Positions 1-14,104 of a DNA stretch of 63,860 nt are shown one piece after another; the first letter of the stretch is position 1, and each line of letters opens with the position of its first letter. The notes below the pieces were generated by a model, which did not search any database, had not been told where the DNA came from, and worked only from the letters and a program-made list of their open reading frames with translations. This DNA comes from Octopus bimaculoides. Its lineage: Eukaryota. The position numbers were made by a program, and so were the translations under genes. The stretch is from positions 142,217,121-142,280,980 of the forward strand of contig NC_068981.1 in the NCBI RefSeq assembly GCF_001194135.2. The letters run 5' to 3'.

Positions 1-228
1 GTGTAAAGTGAGAAAATGATGCAGTTTGAAACAGTTCCAGAATTCTGCGGGCGCTGAGTGTTTAGATTTATACACTTAGTCTTCTGTGACAGTAATTCAA
101 TACTCATGTTCCGACTGTCTGGGCGTTTCTATTGATTCTTCAACTGAAATATAGTTTATTGACATAATTTTTTTCCTAAATAAATTTATTTTATATTTTT
201 TCTTTATTTTTCCATTAGTTTTGCATTT

Positions 229-290
<62 letters not shown>
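229..290. repeat. (AAT)n microsatellite
   Basis: About 20 units. Confidence 0.95.
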
Positions 291-849
291 CCTTAACGAT
301 AATCTCTGTGTGTATGTGTGTTTGTGCGTATGCGTGTGCATGCATGCGTGTGCGTTTATATGTTGAAATAATGGACGAATTGAAGTTTAGATGTTCTGCT
401 TCCTACTACGGTGAAGCAGTCTTTGTTAGATTCTAACTAGCAGCAAGCATTCCTCTCCATCCGCCTTTACTGCTATCGAACGACAACACCTTTCAGGAAT
501 GTCTTTGATTGTCCATGCAGCTAATTTCTACATCCCGGAATCCGTTTGTCTGTGGAAAAGACATAAAAAGCACACAAACGCAAACAGCAATTTCCTGTCT
601 GATTATGTAAATAGAAAATGGGATGTGGGGTTTTATGGAAAATAACCGGATACGTTTTCACAATGGTTTCTAGAGAAAATTTATTAGGGGAAATATTCCC
701 TCCTACAGCATAACTAATAACAACAATAATAATAACTTCAAGAAGATCCTTAACAATAACATCATCAGCAATAATCATAATAACTATAACGATAATAATA
801 TATTTCAACTCCGGCTCAAGGTCGCACGTCGTAAGAGGTAGTTGCTATA

Positions 850-940
850 ATGGATTACATCGCCAACAAGCGGACTGATGCTTTATTTCATCGGCCTCGA
901 AAGGATGAAGAATCTTAGGTAACTCCGGCGCTATTTGAAA
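850..940 (-). mobile_element. SINE family A fragment
   Basis: Degenerate gattacatcg...tttcatcggcctcgaaaggatgaa core shared with other copies. Confidence 0.55.
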
Positions 941-1099
941 GCATAACGGGAAGGGATTTAATTGAAAAACACAAGGAAACGTGTTTATTGTTCTCTGATT
1001 CAACCGATTCACTCCAGTCCAGCAGTGAAATGTTGACCCCATCACAAGTTACAAATACATGGTATTATGTCCGGCGTCCTACTAGTTGTCCATCGAACA

Positions 1100-1103
1100 A
1101 ACA

Positions 1104-1198
<95 letters not shown>

Positions 1199-1207
1199 CA
1201 ACAACAA
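1100..1207. repeat. Compound (ACT)n(AAT)n(AAC)n microsatellite
   Basis: Direct reading. Confidence 0.95.
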
Positions 1208-1235
1208 GAACAACCCTTTCTGCTATAGACACAAT

Positions 1236-1379
1236 AGAATCGATTACATAAACCCTAGTGTTTTACTGGTACTTAATTTATCGACCCCGAAAGGATGAAA
1301 GGCAAAATCAACCTTGGATGAATTTGAAATCAGAGCATTTCGTCCATCACGCTAACGATTTTGCCAGCTCACCAGCTTA
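1236..1379 (-). mobile_element. SINE family A (tRNA-derived), internally deleted
   Basis: ctggtacttaatttatcgaccccgaaaggatgaaaggcaaa...aatttgaa...ctaacgattttgccagctcacc; the compound trinucleotide tract at 1100-1207 lies on its 3' side. Confidence 0.8.
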
Positions 1380-1400
1380 GTAATTGTAGTAGATGAAGTA

Positions 1401-1456
<56 letters not shown>

Positions 1457-1484
1457 CCTCCATTGCTGCTGCTATTACCATTTC

Positions 1485-1608
1485 GGCCAAATGTAACTGC
1501 TTTTCATCCTTTAGGGTCAAGAAAAGGAAGAACCAGCTAAGCACTGAGGTCAATGGTATCCACTTAACACTCTCCCATAAATTTTCAAGCCTTGTGCCAC
1601 AATTTTTA
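1485..1608 (+). mobile_element. SINE family A, 3' part
   Basis: cttttcatcctttagggtc...ccagctaagcactgaggtc...gccttgtgcc. Confidence 0.65.
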
Positions 1609-1626
1609 ACAGTTATAAATATTCTT

Positions 1627-1835
1627 AAAGCAGTGAGGTAGCAAAAATCGTTACAGCTTCAGCGACAATGCTTCGAGTCATTTGTCCGGGTTGTTTACAT
1701 TTTGAGTTGAATTGCGCCGAGGTCAACTTTGCCTTTCATCCTTTTGGGCTGATAAAATAAAGTACCAGTCAAGTACTGGGGGTCGATAGTATCGACTTTT
1801 CTCCTCCCCTCAAAATTGTAGGCTTGTGTTTGAAA
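1627..1835 (+). mobile_element. SINE family A, full length
   Basis: Head aaagcagtgaggtagc; core gccgaggtcaactttgcctttcatcctttt...ataaagtaccagt; tail cccctcaaaattgtaggcttgtg. Confidence 0.8.
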
Positions 1836-1991
1836 TAATTATTATCATAATTGCTGTTGTTATTATTATTCTTTATATTAATAAAAATGTGATAAAAGAA
1901 AATCCAATATTTGAGTTCAAGTTCTTTGGTGATTTTAACCTTCAAAGAGAAAACGTTATCGAAATACAGCATCCAAGTTTCCTTTGAAAAA

Positions 1992-1994
<3 letters not shown>

Positions 1995-2040
<46 letters not shown>
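1995..2040. repeat. (GA)n microsatellite
   Basis: Direct reading. Confidence 0.95.
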
Positions 2041-2041
<1 letters not shown>

Positions 2042-2607
2042 AGGGAGGGAGAGTGGTGAGACAAAAAAGAAAGGAAGGCAGAACGAGAAAGAGTATAATG
2101 GCGGAGAGAGGTAGAGAGAGATATAGAAATGTCGCTCTTCAAACGTCGCTACTAATGCACAAGATGGACATCCTCTTGGAATATCCGCTTTTGCAACTCA
2201 TGAAAAACCGTCAGCAGCAATAAATTCTTCGTTTGACAAACGTTTGCTGTTCTTGATGTGTTTCTTGGTGGCAGTTCTTTTTGTCTTATTGAACCGTCGT
2301 ATTGTCGCTCTGGTCGTGGTCGTTGTTGATGTTGAAATGTGTGATGTGAGTGTTGTTATCGTTAGTGGCATTGGCATCGGTGGCGATGTTGCTGTTATTG
2401 CTGTTGTTACTGTTTATGAGGGTCGGTGTCAGATGTTTCGAAAATTAAACATGTTCGTTAACACGGCAGCTTCTATTAATTGCTATACACTAACATTCAC
2501 AAATACACTGGCCACACATATCAATTCGTACACATGCAGACACAAACAGATCAATGTTTGTGTTTGTTTGTCTCCACGGATGAAAAATATGTTATCCGGT
2601 TGTGTGT

Positions 2608-2665
<58 letters not shown>

Positions 2666-3184
2666 ATATGTCAGTGTCTTTTATGCTACTTAAACAAGAT
2701 TATTTCCATAAACTTAGAGTTTATGCCTCAGAGTATTCATTAATGTACTGAGCTTCATATAGTCTCGCGACACGTACGCACGCACACACACACACACACA
2801 CATATACATATAAATANNNNNNNNNNATATATATATATATATACCAACCTTGAAGCCGCCCTTCGGGAGGCATCCAGGGTGGCTTTTGTGGAGGGCACCT
2901 TTGAGGTCTTGGGCCCCACCATCAGGCCGCTTTGCGGCGCTCTTCGTTTGTGTGCTGCAACTTATTTCTACAAATGTGCTAACCACTGATGCTGATCGTA
3001 GTTTAGTCATTAAGCGTAGAACCGGGGTAAATGCAGTAAAAATAGGAGTGGCGTCAGTGGGAGTCCATGTAAGAGGCCCTTCAGAAATTTAATCTCCTTA
3101 CGATACTCCCTGGAAGTTCCTGGAATAAAATTCATTGCGATTGCTCAAATTTGCTCACCAATGCCATGTATTTAGTTTAAAATG

Positions 3185-3350
3185 CTGTAAAATTAATGGG
3201 GTCAGTGAGACCCACCCAATTAGGCGGCTTTTAAAAATCTAAACAACCTCAGAACATTCCCTGGGATTAGGGGAGTTACTTGTTGGAATTTCGTTGTCCT
3301 TGTACCAACGGTCTAGAAAAGTTAACTAACATATAAACGTAACGAAGAGA
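3185..3350 (+). mobile_element. Possible Helitron/Helentron-type non-autonomous fragment
   Basis: cccacccaattaggcgg...ccctgggattagg...ggaatttcgttg...caacggtctag loosely recalls the aaatttcatcaaaatcggtccagcggttt end of such elements; recall only. Confidence 0.25.
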
Positions 3351-5467
3351 AAATCATCACTCAAGTTTATATTTAGAATATATTTCATTAATGTTCAGAC
3401 AATTTACCAAGTGTATAATTATCGGTTTTCTAACGATCTAGATAAAATGCTATCCAACGGTTCCATTCCATTCATCTACATAACATTGTATAAATAAAAT
3501 TATGTTATGAAATAAGGATATTAGAATTCCTTTCTTGTCAGTTATTCTGATTTAAATCCAACACGTTTAATCTATCGAAAATTTTATTTTTCATTTCCCT
3601 ACAGAATAGATGGTATTTTTTAACTACGCCATAAAACTGTAGCATACGACGCAGTGTAGATAGCGATAATGTAACAGTGAACGGCCATCTGTAGTTCATT
3701 TTGCGTTAGACGAATTCTTGGAGCTGAGCCAAGTGACAGGATACCTAGGAGTACACAAGACCGAGCTGGTTCAGTAGCACCTATAGTCTTATTTGGTTAC
3801 GCTTATGCATCCAGCCAGAATGTATAATGATATTAGCTTCAGTTTGGACCATAACGAGGAGATGCCTGAGTACTCAACTCAAATGATAATCCTAAGTTTA
3901 ATGGGTGGAGAAGATGGATGGATGGATGGATGCGTGTTTGCGTGAATACGTTAATTCTGTCACCCACATATTGTAAGACGTAAATGAAATCATTGTACAG
4001 CTACTTGTGTCCATAGTGATATTTTCAGTACTTCTTTTTCTGATTTAAAACCTTTACATATTATGTGTCCTAATTCTATACTGAATGTTATTTCCTAAAA
4101 CCATATGTTGAACTGATCTACAAGAGATGGAAATTAACCGAGACGAATGCAAACTATTCAGTGACGATTTGGAAGTGCAAAATATCAATGAAATCCGCAA
4201 AACTGAATTGCGTCCTGTTTCGTGAGGGCAATTGAATTTTACCGCTGCATTAACGCTCTTCTCCTGGAAGACATTTTCTTTGGTTGTTATTATTTTGAAA
4301 ATGTAGAGTCAGATCACTGCAATATCTGTGTGTGCGTGTGTGTTTACATACGACAGACTTGGCTGCAAATTGTATAGTTACATAAATATCTAGTAGAAAA
4401 ATGCTTCGGGACCTAATCAGGAATTATCTCCCAGAAAAAAAGAAAAAAGTTTGAGGTGCATATTTCCAGCCTTATAGTTGTTTCACATTTAATAATGAAT
4501 TTCGATTAGTGCGATTCATAATAGTATCACATTATCTTAGTTTGTCTCATCTAATCACATAAGTTTCTCACCTTCCAAGGACACATTAATTTAATATAAA
4601 TTATAGATTACTACGTATCAGCTATTTTATTTATTCATGGGTGTCGACATAGAAGTTATTCAAGGATGTAATGGCTGAATTTATTAAAGAAGTTAATAGG
4701 AAAGCGTCCATGACCTGTTTTACAAGCCATTAGAAACTAATTTGGGGAAAGGGATGATGAAACTACACCGCATTCATTGATGCAATAGAACGCAGCGCAT
4801 TTAGAGATCTGTCTGTAGACTAGACCAATGTCTAGTCTGCGCTCCGCTAAAAAAATGGAATACTATCAAACCAATGGTCTTACACAGCTGATTTCTAACG
4901 TATTTTACTGTCATATAGTAGAAAATAGAGAAGTTGTATATTTATTTCTCTTAAAAATGTAACCAACTTCAATATACTTTATGTGTCTATTAACGTTTCT
5001 GGTTGTAAACTACTAAATTTACACGTAATGTAATAAAACCATGAGACTAGAAATTGGCCGTTGTATGACCAAGTTACTTTCTGAGCATAATGGGTGCATT
5101 GCGACTAAAATATTTGTCCTGATGTATGATTTCCTGCAGAAGAGAGAAAAGATTTACTAGAAATGAAAGGAAAACAAGTTTTCCTAAAAAATATACTTTC
5201 TTCTCTAGGTAACACAACATATAAATACAAGCGGGGTATGAATGCATGTGCCGGTTGATCTGTAAGTTATCTAACTCAGGTAAAGTTAAACATTGTCGGA
5301 ACAACATCTAAACGATTTCATTAATTCTTAGTATTTGGTTAGTAATAATATAATACGCCAATAACAGTGAACCACAAATACATCTGTTGACAGGGTTTTC
5401 AAAGGAATTTGGCTGAACACACAAATTCACTATTTGATAATCATAATATTAATATTAATCATAGCAC

Positions 5468-5700
5468 GTTCGTTCTGAATTCAAATTCCGCCGTGGTCGA
5501 CTATGCTTTACATCATTTCGGAGTTGTTAAAATAAGCACCTGTTTAACTTCTGCCAAAATTTGAAATGAATATATAAGTGTGGAGTCATGATTCGCTACG
5601 CAACCACATGGTTCTAGTTTCTATGACTGTGGCCTGAATATTGGGGAAATATCTTTTACTGTAGCGACGGGTCAACTAATGTCTTGTGTATGTGTGTGTG
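5468..5700 (+). mobile_element. Adjacent SINE fragments: family A (5468..5567) and family B head (5578..5700)
   Basis: ttcaaattccgccgtggtcgactatgc, then caaccacatggttct...ttttactgtagcgacgggtcaac. Confidence 0.6.
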
Positions 5701-6071
5701 TGTGTGTAAACTACCGAAAGCAATTAATACAGTAGAATCCAATAATTAAACACAGAATGTATAAAGTCTGGGAATAAATCCAATTATATCTAGTTTTTTT
5801 TTTATCTTAGACAATACAACAGGGACAATAGAACTGATGCTACTATATAGTGTTTCATGAACGACACACTTTTAAAATGAATAGTATAAGTATATATAAA
5901 AAAAATCGGAAGCATGACAAAGGTACAATACGTTACGATACCCCTATCTCCACAAGCTCAAAAATAAAAGTGAATCAATTGGAGATTATTGCCCAAGGAG
6001 TCAGAAAAGCTTATACCTCCCTACTGAATGGTTTCTTTTTAAAGTGAATTGAGAAGTTATCAAAATATTTG

Positions 6072-6283
6072 CTTCAAATCTTGGCACAAGGCCAACAGTT
6101 TCGGGGAAAGAGCTAAGTCGGTTACAGCAACTCTTGTGCTTGATTTGTATTTATTTCATCGATCTCGAAAGCATGAATGGCAAAGTCGACCTCGGTGGAA
6201 TTTTTTCCCAGAACGTAGAAACGAACGAAATTCCGCAAAACAATTTTCCCGGTTTGCTAACGATTCTGCCAGTTTGCCGCCTT
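6072..6283 (-). mobile_element. SINE family A, full length
   Basis: ttggcacaaggcc...gcaaagtcgacctcggtggaattt...gctaacgattctgccagtttgccgcctt. Confidence 0.8.
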
Positions 6284-7509
6284 GGAAATTATCAAAAATT
6301 TGGGATCTAATATNNNNNNNNNNNNNNNNNNNNNNNNNNNNNNNNNNNNNNNNNNNNNNNNNNNNNNNNNNNNNNNNNNNNNNNNNNNNNNNNNNNNNNN
6401 NNNNNNNNNNNNNNNNNNNNNNNNNNNNNNNNNNNNNNNNNNNNNNNNNNNNNNNNNNNNNNNNNTGTGTGTGTGTGTGTGTGTATTGTAAGCCAATTGT
6501 GGAGATTGAAAACCGAAACACACAATATACTAATACTCAGCTTTTAGAATAATTACAAAAACCTGCAGCCATAGTCGAACAAGGTAAGGACTTATTCTTT
6601 GTAAGCCTAGCACTTATTCTAGTTCATATAACATATTTTCTTGAGCCCTTGGACTCATAAGCTCATTTACTCGATCCAATAGCGTGTAAGTGACCGAGAT
6701 CACAACGTACCCCTTGTGAGGCTGGCTGGGCAGTTGGAGGAGTCAACAATACAACTGGACACACACCGCACATAATTTGCTTAGACACCAATGTCCTTAT
6801 CGTGCCCGACGCATTGTACAGTGAAATTATACGATAAAAGTTTTAAAAATTCTTAAAAGATAGTTTGTAACAGAGGCACTCTGGCATGAATTTTAGGAGT
6901 GGAGCATATGCTATCTCAGTACGTGACTGTACTTCATTTTATATGAGAGATGTTATATAAAATTGTTATCGACAGTATTTGAGCTGATACGATAAATATA
7001 CTAAACCAATACCACAACTCATTTTTGTTCCATCTAACAATTATAGCACCTATCGCCGTTTAATAATATTTATATATATTGTCGTTTCCATTCGTTGTAT
7101 CTTTAGTTTTTTTCTGATTCTCAATATTAAACCAACTTTTATGATAGTTATTTTATTAAAACTTTTCACTAAATCAATTTTGTTATCGATACTTACCTGT
7201 ATCAATGATATCGGCAGCTCTCTTCACTGGAAAATAAGAAAAAGGAATGGTCAGCTGAAACGTGACTTAAACTAACTTAATAATAGACAGCATAATACTA
7301 CTTAGAATAGTTCGTGCTAAATATATTGAATGAAATAAGCGGAACAGACAAATTTGGATGGTTAAGTATATACATCATACATGCATGCATACTTATACAT
7401 ACATACCCATGTACATCGAGAAAGATAGAGAAAGGAAGAGTGAATTATGTGTGTATCTATATTAACTTTAACATATGCTTCTGTATATGACGAGTGTGTG
7501 GGTGCCGAA

Positions 7510-7663
<154 letters not shown>

Positions 7664-10600
7664 ACATATATAAATGCACACCAGTAATCAGAGGGACAAC
7701 ATAAAAAATGCATCATTTAACGACATTAGTTTAAGATTACATGAATTACACACAAACACATACCTGTTTGTGTGTATGTGTTTGTGTGTGTGTGTCTGTG
7801 TACGTGTGTGCGTGTATGATAATGTGCCGAAGATGCATGCGATGTCATGATGATCTTAAAATTACAAATACAAATAATTTATGACAGACAGTCTCTCGTA
7901 CGCATTCAAATAAGCACAAATGTAAATGTACAAATAGATAAATATCTGTACATAGATAATATTATGTGAATGGACGAGTTTACATCTTTGTGCTATATTG
8001 GGTTTCACTCTTCTTAGTGTTGAGTTATAGGTAGCGTTGCAAGCTTCCGTTAATATGTGAGTAATTTGTCTTGTTTTCGTTGTTGCACCCATTGTTGCTA
8101 GGCAATTCAAAAGGCAGAACTGGTAGCGCATTATTCTACCTCGTGTTTTTGATGTTGTTTTAATTATTGCTTTCGTTTGGTTTCGTTTTTTCTTTGTTAA
8201 TTATTTAGCATATTACTATGTATAATTAAAATTGCCCTAGAGCTTAATCAAGAGAAATCTTGTCTCAGTTACGTTTCTGCTTATCATAAAAGTTCCAGCA
8301 ATAAATTAATTATTATTTCTCTTAGCGCTTTCATCTTTTCTTTTTTACCCTAGCCTTTTGTCTTTCTAATTCTCACTCTCTCTCTCCCTCAGTATATATC
8401 ATGCTGTCCCTTTAGTTCTATATTCTACGTCTTCTTCACACTACATTTCTCTACATATCTATCACACCCACATACATATACACACGCTCACACATATGTG
8501 TATGTATGTAGGTATGTATAGTCGTGAAATACCAAGCTTCTCAGCGTCACTCTATGCTGCCTCTCTTCTGTCACGAGGTAAATAATGTTCACTTGATACA
8601 TTAGTCATAATTATAATCGTTGAATACCATAAAGTATGCCGCAGCCTTTGAGGGAAATTCAATATCCAGGAGTATATTGATGCTTAGAATGGTGAAGCTT
8701 CCTGTATAAAAGCTCCCTGTTGTGCCAGAACATACGTGGTTAATCATGATGATCATGATTAAAAGGAGGAATATAATAGGAAATACGAGGAAGAGATGCA
8801 TGATGAAGAGGAACTGCGCAAAAAATGCATGCAAATTCAAAAGCAAAAAATAATAAGAGCCGCTGAATAGAAAATGTAAAGACGCAAGAAATAGATTGCT
8901 AACAAATACACGTTAATACAGTACGGGTTTGTTCTAATCCTTAATACGAATGTTTAAATTCCAAATTATTACTACAGCCGTCTAAATAGTCTGAACCACG
9001 CCATCATCAATATACTCTCGATCCTTCACGTCAAGTGGAATTTGTTTATTCTCTGTGCTTAAAGCCGGGCACAAACGGGAGAAGGGTATAACTCTCCTAT
9101 TGATTTTCCTCAGACCATTCGCAGGAATCATTATCGTAGTTACTACTTTGGAGAGCAAATACTTAAGAAATATGAACTAGGTAGGATAACTATTTTTTCC
9201 TTTCTTACATTGGTTTATTATTTTTTAATTATTTTTTTACTTCGCGTTCCTATAATGAGCAATTTGATGGATAAAGAACTAAAAACGCTGAAGTTTGTCA
9301 CATTGTAACATTTTGATTTTATCTTTCTCATTGGCCGTTAAATGTTTTATGCCGTATAAGATTGTTTTGGAAGTTGTTTCGGTTTATTTAATTATTTATT
9401 TATTTATTTTTATGAATTCAGTTTCGAAAGACAAAGTATTAATGCAAACTATTTTTGTCGACAGGATATGAATGACTTAACGTTGACAGTCTAAACACTT
9501 AAATGGCGTTTTATGAGATTCTTCTGAGTGTCTTTATGAACATTTCCGATTTGAATTAACGGGCATTCATTGTAGCACGTTTTCTTGAGATTCATTCTGT
9601 CGTCTTTTACACCGGAGCACACTGGCAAATAGGAAAACATATTAAGCATGCCACGTGACACTAGAGTAATCATGCGCACGCATACACACTGAAGTGTAAA
9701 CTATAGTGATGTATACTGTGATAAACGCTATAAAACACGTGATAACATGGCGGTATTTTTTCTTATAAACAATTGTAAAAGTGGGCACATATCATAACAT
9801 GTAATGCAACATAGTTGCGTAAAGCATTGAACGATAATCAGGAATGAAACGTGACAGTATAACTCTTACAGTCAACGAAACATACATAGCGCAGAATAAA
9901 AAAAAAAAAAAAAACGAAATATACAGTGCTACCTGCTCTGAAGCAAATTCTTGAATATTTACGAAAATCACTTGTGTGTAGAATGCTCAAAATAATATGT
10001 AACATTCAACTCTGTTTGCAATGTAAAGGCAATGACAGAGCGCATGTTTTGACACCAAGTGAAACGTAAAACTAATAGATAAATGGCAAATGTTTTGCAA
10101 AGAGTTATTTTATCAGAGACTGCAGCATATGGGATAAGAAACCAGTCAAGCTAGCCTTTAAAACAAACATTGCGAAGGAGTTTGTAAAGGACTGTTATTC
10201 CACCGAACAACTTTACATAGCACCCGTTCATTTACTGATTTTCAATATGGTTGACGACGGAGTTCGTCTTACCGTGCAGTAGGCTGTGAGTACAAGCTAC
10301 AGACGACGCCAAACGTAATTTATGTGCGTGTGTGTGTGTGCGCGCGTGCGTGTGTGTGTGTGCGTGCGTGCATCTAGCATTCTCACCAGCCGCAGCTGGA
10401 ATGATTATCTTCTGTTTCTGACATATATTTTACATTTAAAAACAGCACTTCCAAGAGAGATATTTTCTCCGGACGAACACCGCAGTAAATCCACATTTTG
10501 TGATGTATTTACACTAAGAATTGTACACAGTTGTCTATATTTTATATATGTATGTATTTGTTTTATGTTTCTATATATTCACGGATAAATCGCCTGTCAC

Positions 10601-11068
10601 GATGAATGCAACAGAAAGAATCCTGCGTTAAATGAAATATGTGTGAATGTGTGTGTTATGTATTATACATGTATTACATGTTTGTGTGTAAACTGAATGA
10701 CTGAAGAATTCATCGCAACTCGGCTGTGAAGACAAAAAGGCTACAATAACAGATATGATTGCAAGATAACAAAACTTCCAGAGCTTTGAATAAATAGAGA
10801 GAACTGTTTTGCCTTTAACTTAACCCTTGAACTCAAAACCTTCTATTAGTTTTGGCATGTACAATTTAAGAGGCTTACATCAAAGGAAGATTTGTGTTTT
10901 ATTTTTTACATTCATCTCATTCGCTTTCATTTATATTTTCGGAGAATATTACATTTTGCAACGCCAAACAATCCTATTCAAATATCATGTTCTTCAGTAA
11001 CTTTCTAGTTGGCTTTCTCTAAATCTTACGCCATCTCTTTTCCCTCATTCTGCCTGTCTGTCTGTCTT

Positions 11069-11134
<66 letters not shown>

Positions 11135-11680
11135 TTTCTCCCTCTCACACACATACACACATATATGCTTATACGTACACAAAAGCAAACGTATATATAT
11201 ANNNNNNNNNNNNNNNNNNNNNNNNNNNNNNNNNNNNNNNNNNNNNNNNNNNNNNNNNNNNNNNNNNNNNNNNNNNNNNNNNNNNNNNNNNNNNNNNNNN
11301 NNNNNNNNNNNNNNNNNNNNNNNNNNNNNNNNNNNNNNNNNNNNNNNNNNNNNNNNNNNNNNNNNNNNNNNNNNNNNNNNNNNNNNNNNNNNNNNNNNNN
11401 NNNNNNNNNNNNNNNNNNNNNNNNNNNNNNNNNNNNNNNNNNNNNNNNNNNNNNNNNNNNNNNNNNNNNNNNNNNNNNNNNNNNNNNNNNNNNNNNNNNN
11501 NNNNNNNNNNNNNNNNNNNNNNNNNNNNNNNNNNNNNNNNNNNNNNNNNNNNNNNNNNNNNNNNNNNNNNNNNNNNNNNNNNNNNNNNNNNNNNNNNNNN
11601 NNNNNNNNNNNNNNNNNNNNNNNNNNNNNNNNNNNNNNNNNNNNNNNNNNNNNNNNNNNNNNNNNNNNNNNNNNNNNNNN

Positions 11681-11747
<67 letters not shown>

Positions 11748-12055
11748 CTATACATATACAAATATATGTATGTATGCATACATATGCAAATATATGTATG
11801 TATGTATACATATAGAAATGTATATATGTATACATATACAAATATATATATATGTATGTGTGCTTGTACAAATATATATATGTATGTATACATACACAAA
11901 TAGATATATGCATGTATACATATAGAAATATATATATGTATATATACACATACAGACAAATGTATGTATATGTACTTATTTGTATATGTATCTTCATATG
12001 TATGTGTATACATATGTATATGAATATTTATGTATATATGTGTGTATGAATATGT

Positions 12056-12109
<54 letters not shown>

Positions 12110-12119
12110 NNNNNNNNNN

Positions 12120-12161
<42 letters not shown>

Positions 12162-12944
12162 TGTATGTGTCTGTGAATGTATTACATACATTTATATGTA
12201 TATATGTGTGTACATATACGCATGTATTGCTATTAATTTTTTTTTTTTTTTTACCATAACTTCTGTTGTTTTAAGGCCATATCGCTATATTAAGTAAAGT
12301 CAATTAGACAACATATATTTAGTTGGCTTCTCATTATTCACTGTTATAACGGTATTTTCGCTATGAACGTTCGGTAAAGGACCACTGACCGAACCGAATT
12401 GCATTGAGAAGATCAGTTCCTGTCACTTAATTGCATCGCTGAGTATGGTGAGAATGAAAATGAATGAAATGAGTGAGTGATTTAATAATTTAATCTAAGT
12501 AATAACTAGGGATAAAGAAAGTCCACCTTAGAGTAATACAGTAAGGCGTGATAAATTATTGTTATTGCTTGTAAATGGGGGCAATGGTGGTGTTTCTTTT
12601 GCGCAGGTCAACCTTATTCGAGGCAATATATGATAAAATACATTCCCAGAATGACCGTCCTTTCTTTGTTTTTGATAAATAGATATTGAAAACCATTTTG
12701 TATGTTCTTTATACTTGTTTTTTTAAGATAGTAATATGTGATACGTAAGACAGTATCTAGCATATCGAATGAACTCTTAGTATCTCTTTTATTGGCTCAG
12801 ATGACCGCATAGCGATACCTTCGTTGGCTTATGAGGTTTATGTGACATACAGTTAAACGGCAGCACCAAACAGTAAACAGTAAAGGATAAAAAACTATCA
12901 GACAGTAAGCAAACTACGATGTGAGAAGCAAGAAACAGTCAGTT

Positions 12945-13105
12945 GTATCATCTCCTGTACTTGACCGATATTTTAGTTTAAGAATATCAGAAAGATGAAG
13001 AGCAAAGTTGACCTCGGCAGGATTTGAAATAAGAATGCAAATAACTGGAAAAGTAGAGCAAGTCATTGCGTTCAAGACCAGATCAATTCTGCTACGTCAA
13101 AGTTC
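12945..13105 (-). mobile_element. SINE family A, degenerate
   Basis: gaaagatgaagagcaaagttgacctcggcaggatttgaa. Confidence 0.5.
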
Positions 13106-13447
13106 CCTTTAATAACGCTAATAATATTGATTTTTGAAATTTTTAGATGGTTACAACGTTTCGAATATGAGCACAGTATATTGTTTACAGTTATTTCCTC
13201 CAATTCAGGCGGAGAAAAATACATTAGAATGTGTTGTAATTTTCATTAAGAACCCAAAGTGATCACATAAAATACTTCTTAAACATTTTGCCCTAACATC
13301 TACTGCTTTTCCTGCCTAAACGTACAATTACTATGTAACGAAAATATTTAGATATATATGTGTGTGTGTAGCTTTAAATCCAGCAAAGTTTCCGTACAAT
13401 TTTGAATGAATAGTAAAATATTTAAAACGTTAATATTAATAAACTCT

Positions 13448-13663
13448 AAGGCGGTGAGCTGGCAGAATCGTTAGCAAACCGACAAAGTGCTTAGCGATAT
13501 TTCGTCCGTCATTACGTTCTGGGTTCAAATTCCACCGAGGTTGATTTTTACCTTTGATCCTTTCTGGATCGATAAAATACTCACCGGTTGAATACTCGGG
13601 TGCGATGTAATCGGCTTACCTACTTCCTCAAGGTTGCTGGCCTTCTGCCAAAATTCGAAACCA
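13448..13663 (+). mobile_element. SINE family A, full length
   Basis: aaggcggtgagctggcagaatcgttagc (A-box-like), gggttcaaattcc (B-box-like), core gaggttgattttacctttgatcc, tail gctggccttctgccaaaattcgaaacc. Confidence 0.85.
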
Positions 13664-14061
13664 ATATTAATGAACACTTATAAAAAAAATCTCGATCATA
13701 TTTTTAATACTGCTCTCAGCTTTTCATTCAATATCGCTAGACTTACACTCATTTACTGTGTCTTTTACTTTTTGATCCATTCTTAAATTTATTCACATCA
13801 TTTGATATGCGTATTCAGTCATCAACTTTACAAGCCACATCTTACAGGCATACAAAATTGGATGTCAATAGGTATAAAGTTTCTTGAAAATGAATGTGAA
13901 CGGTACTGATCTAGATGAAATTATGTTCAATTTGTGAAGGAAATTGTGGTTTTGTCATTGTTCAATATATGATTAAAATGTGATATGTCTCTTAGAGTGA
14001 TACGTGGATTCTGGGTGTATGGAAGGCATAAACAAGTATATATGAAATCATCTAACAGGAA

Positions 14062-14104
<43 letters not shown>

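Noticed and set aside
2244-2693. 149-aa hydrophobic Val-rich ORF
   Set aside because: Low-complexity GT-rich sequence running into (TG)n; no family motif.
2850-3092. GC-richer 80-aa ORF next to a gap
   Set aside because: No motif; probably a repeat fragment.
7200-7280. Possible hammerhead or Penelope end (ctcttcactg...gctgaaacgtg)
   Set aside because: No CTGANGA in the right orientation and helices cannot be built.
11009-12191. Long ORFs of 200-350 aa here and at 15320, 47267, 55761 and 61127
   Set aside because: They consist of N-gaps and TA/CA/GA repeats (poly-YI, HT, CV, X).
13448-13540. tRNA gene calls at SINE heads (also 18238, 38731, 50119, 57235)
   Set aside because: A/B-box-like motifs are present but there is no cloverleaf, and each continues into a SINE body.
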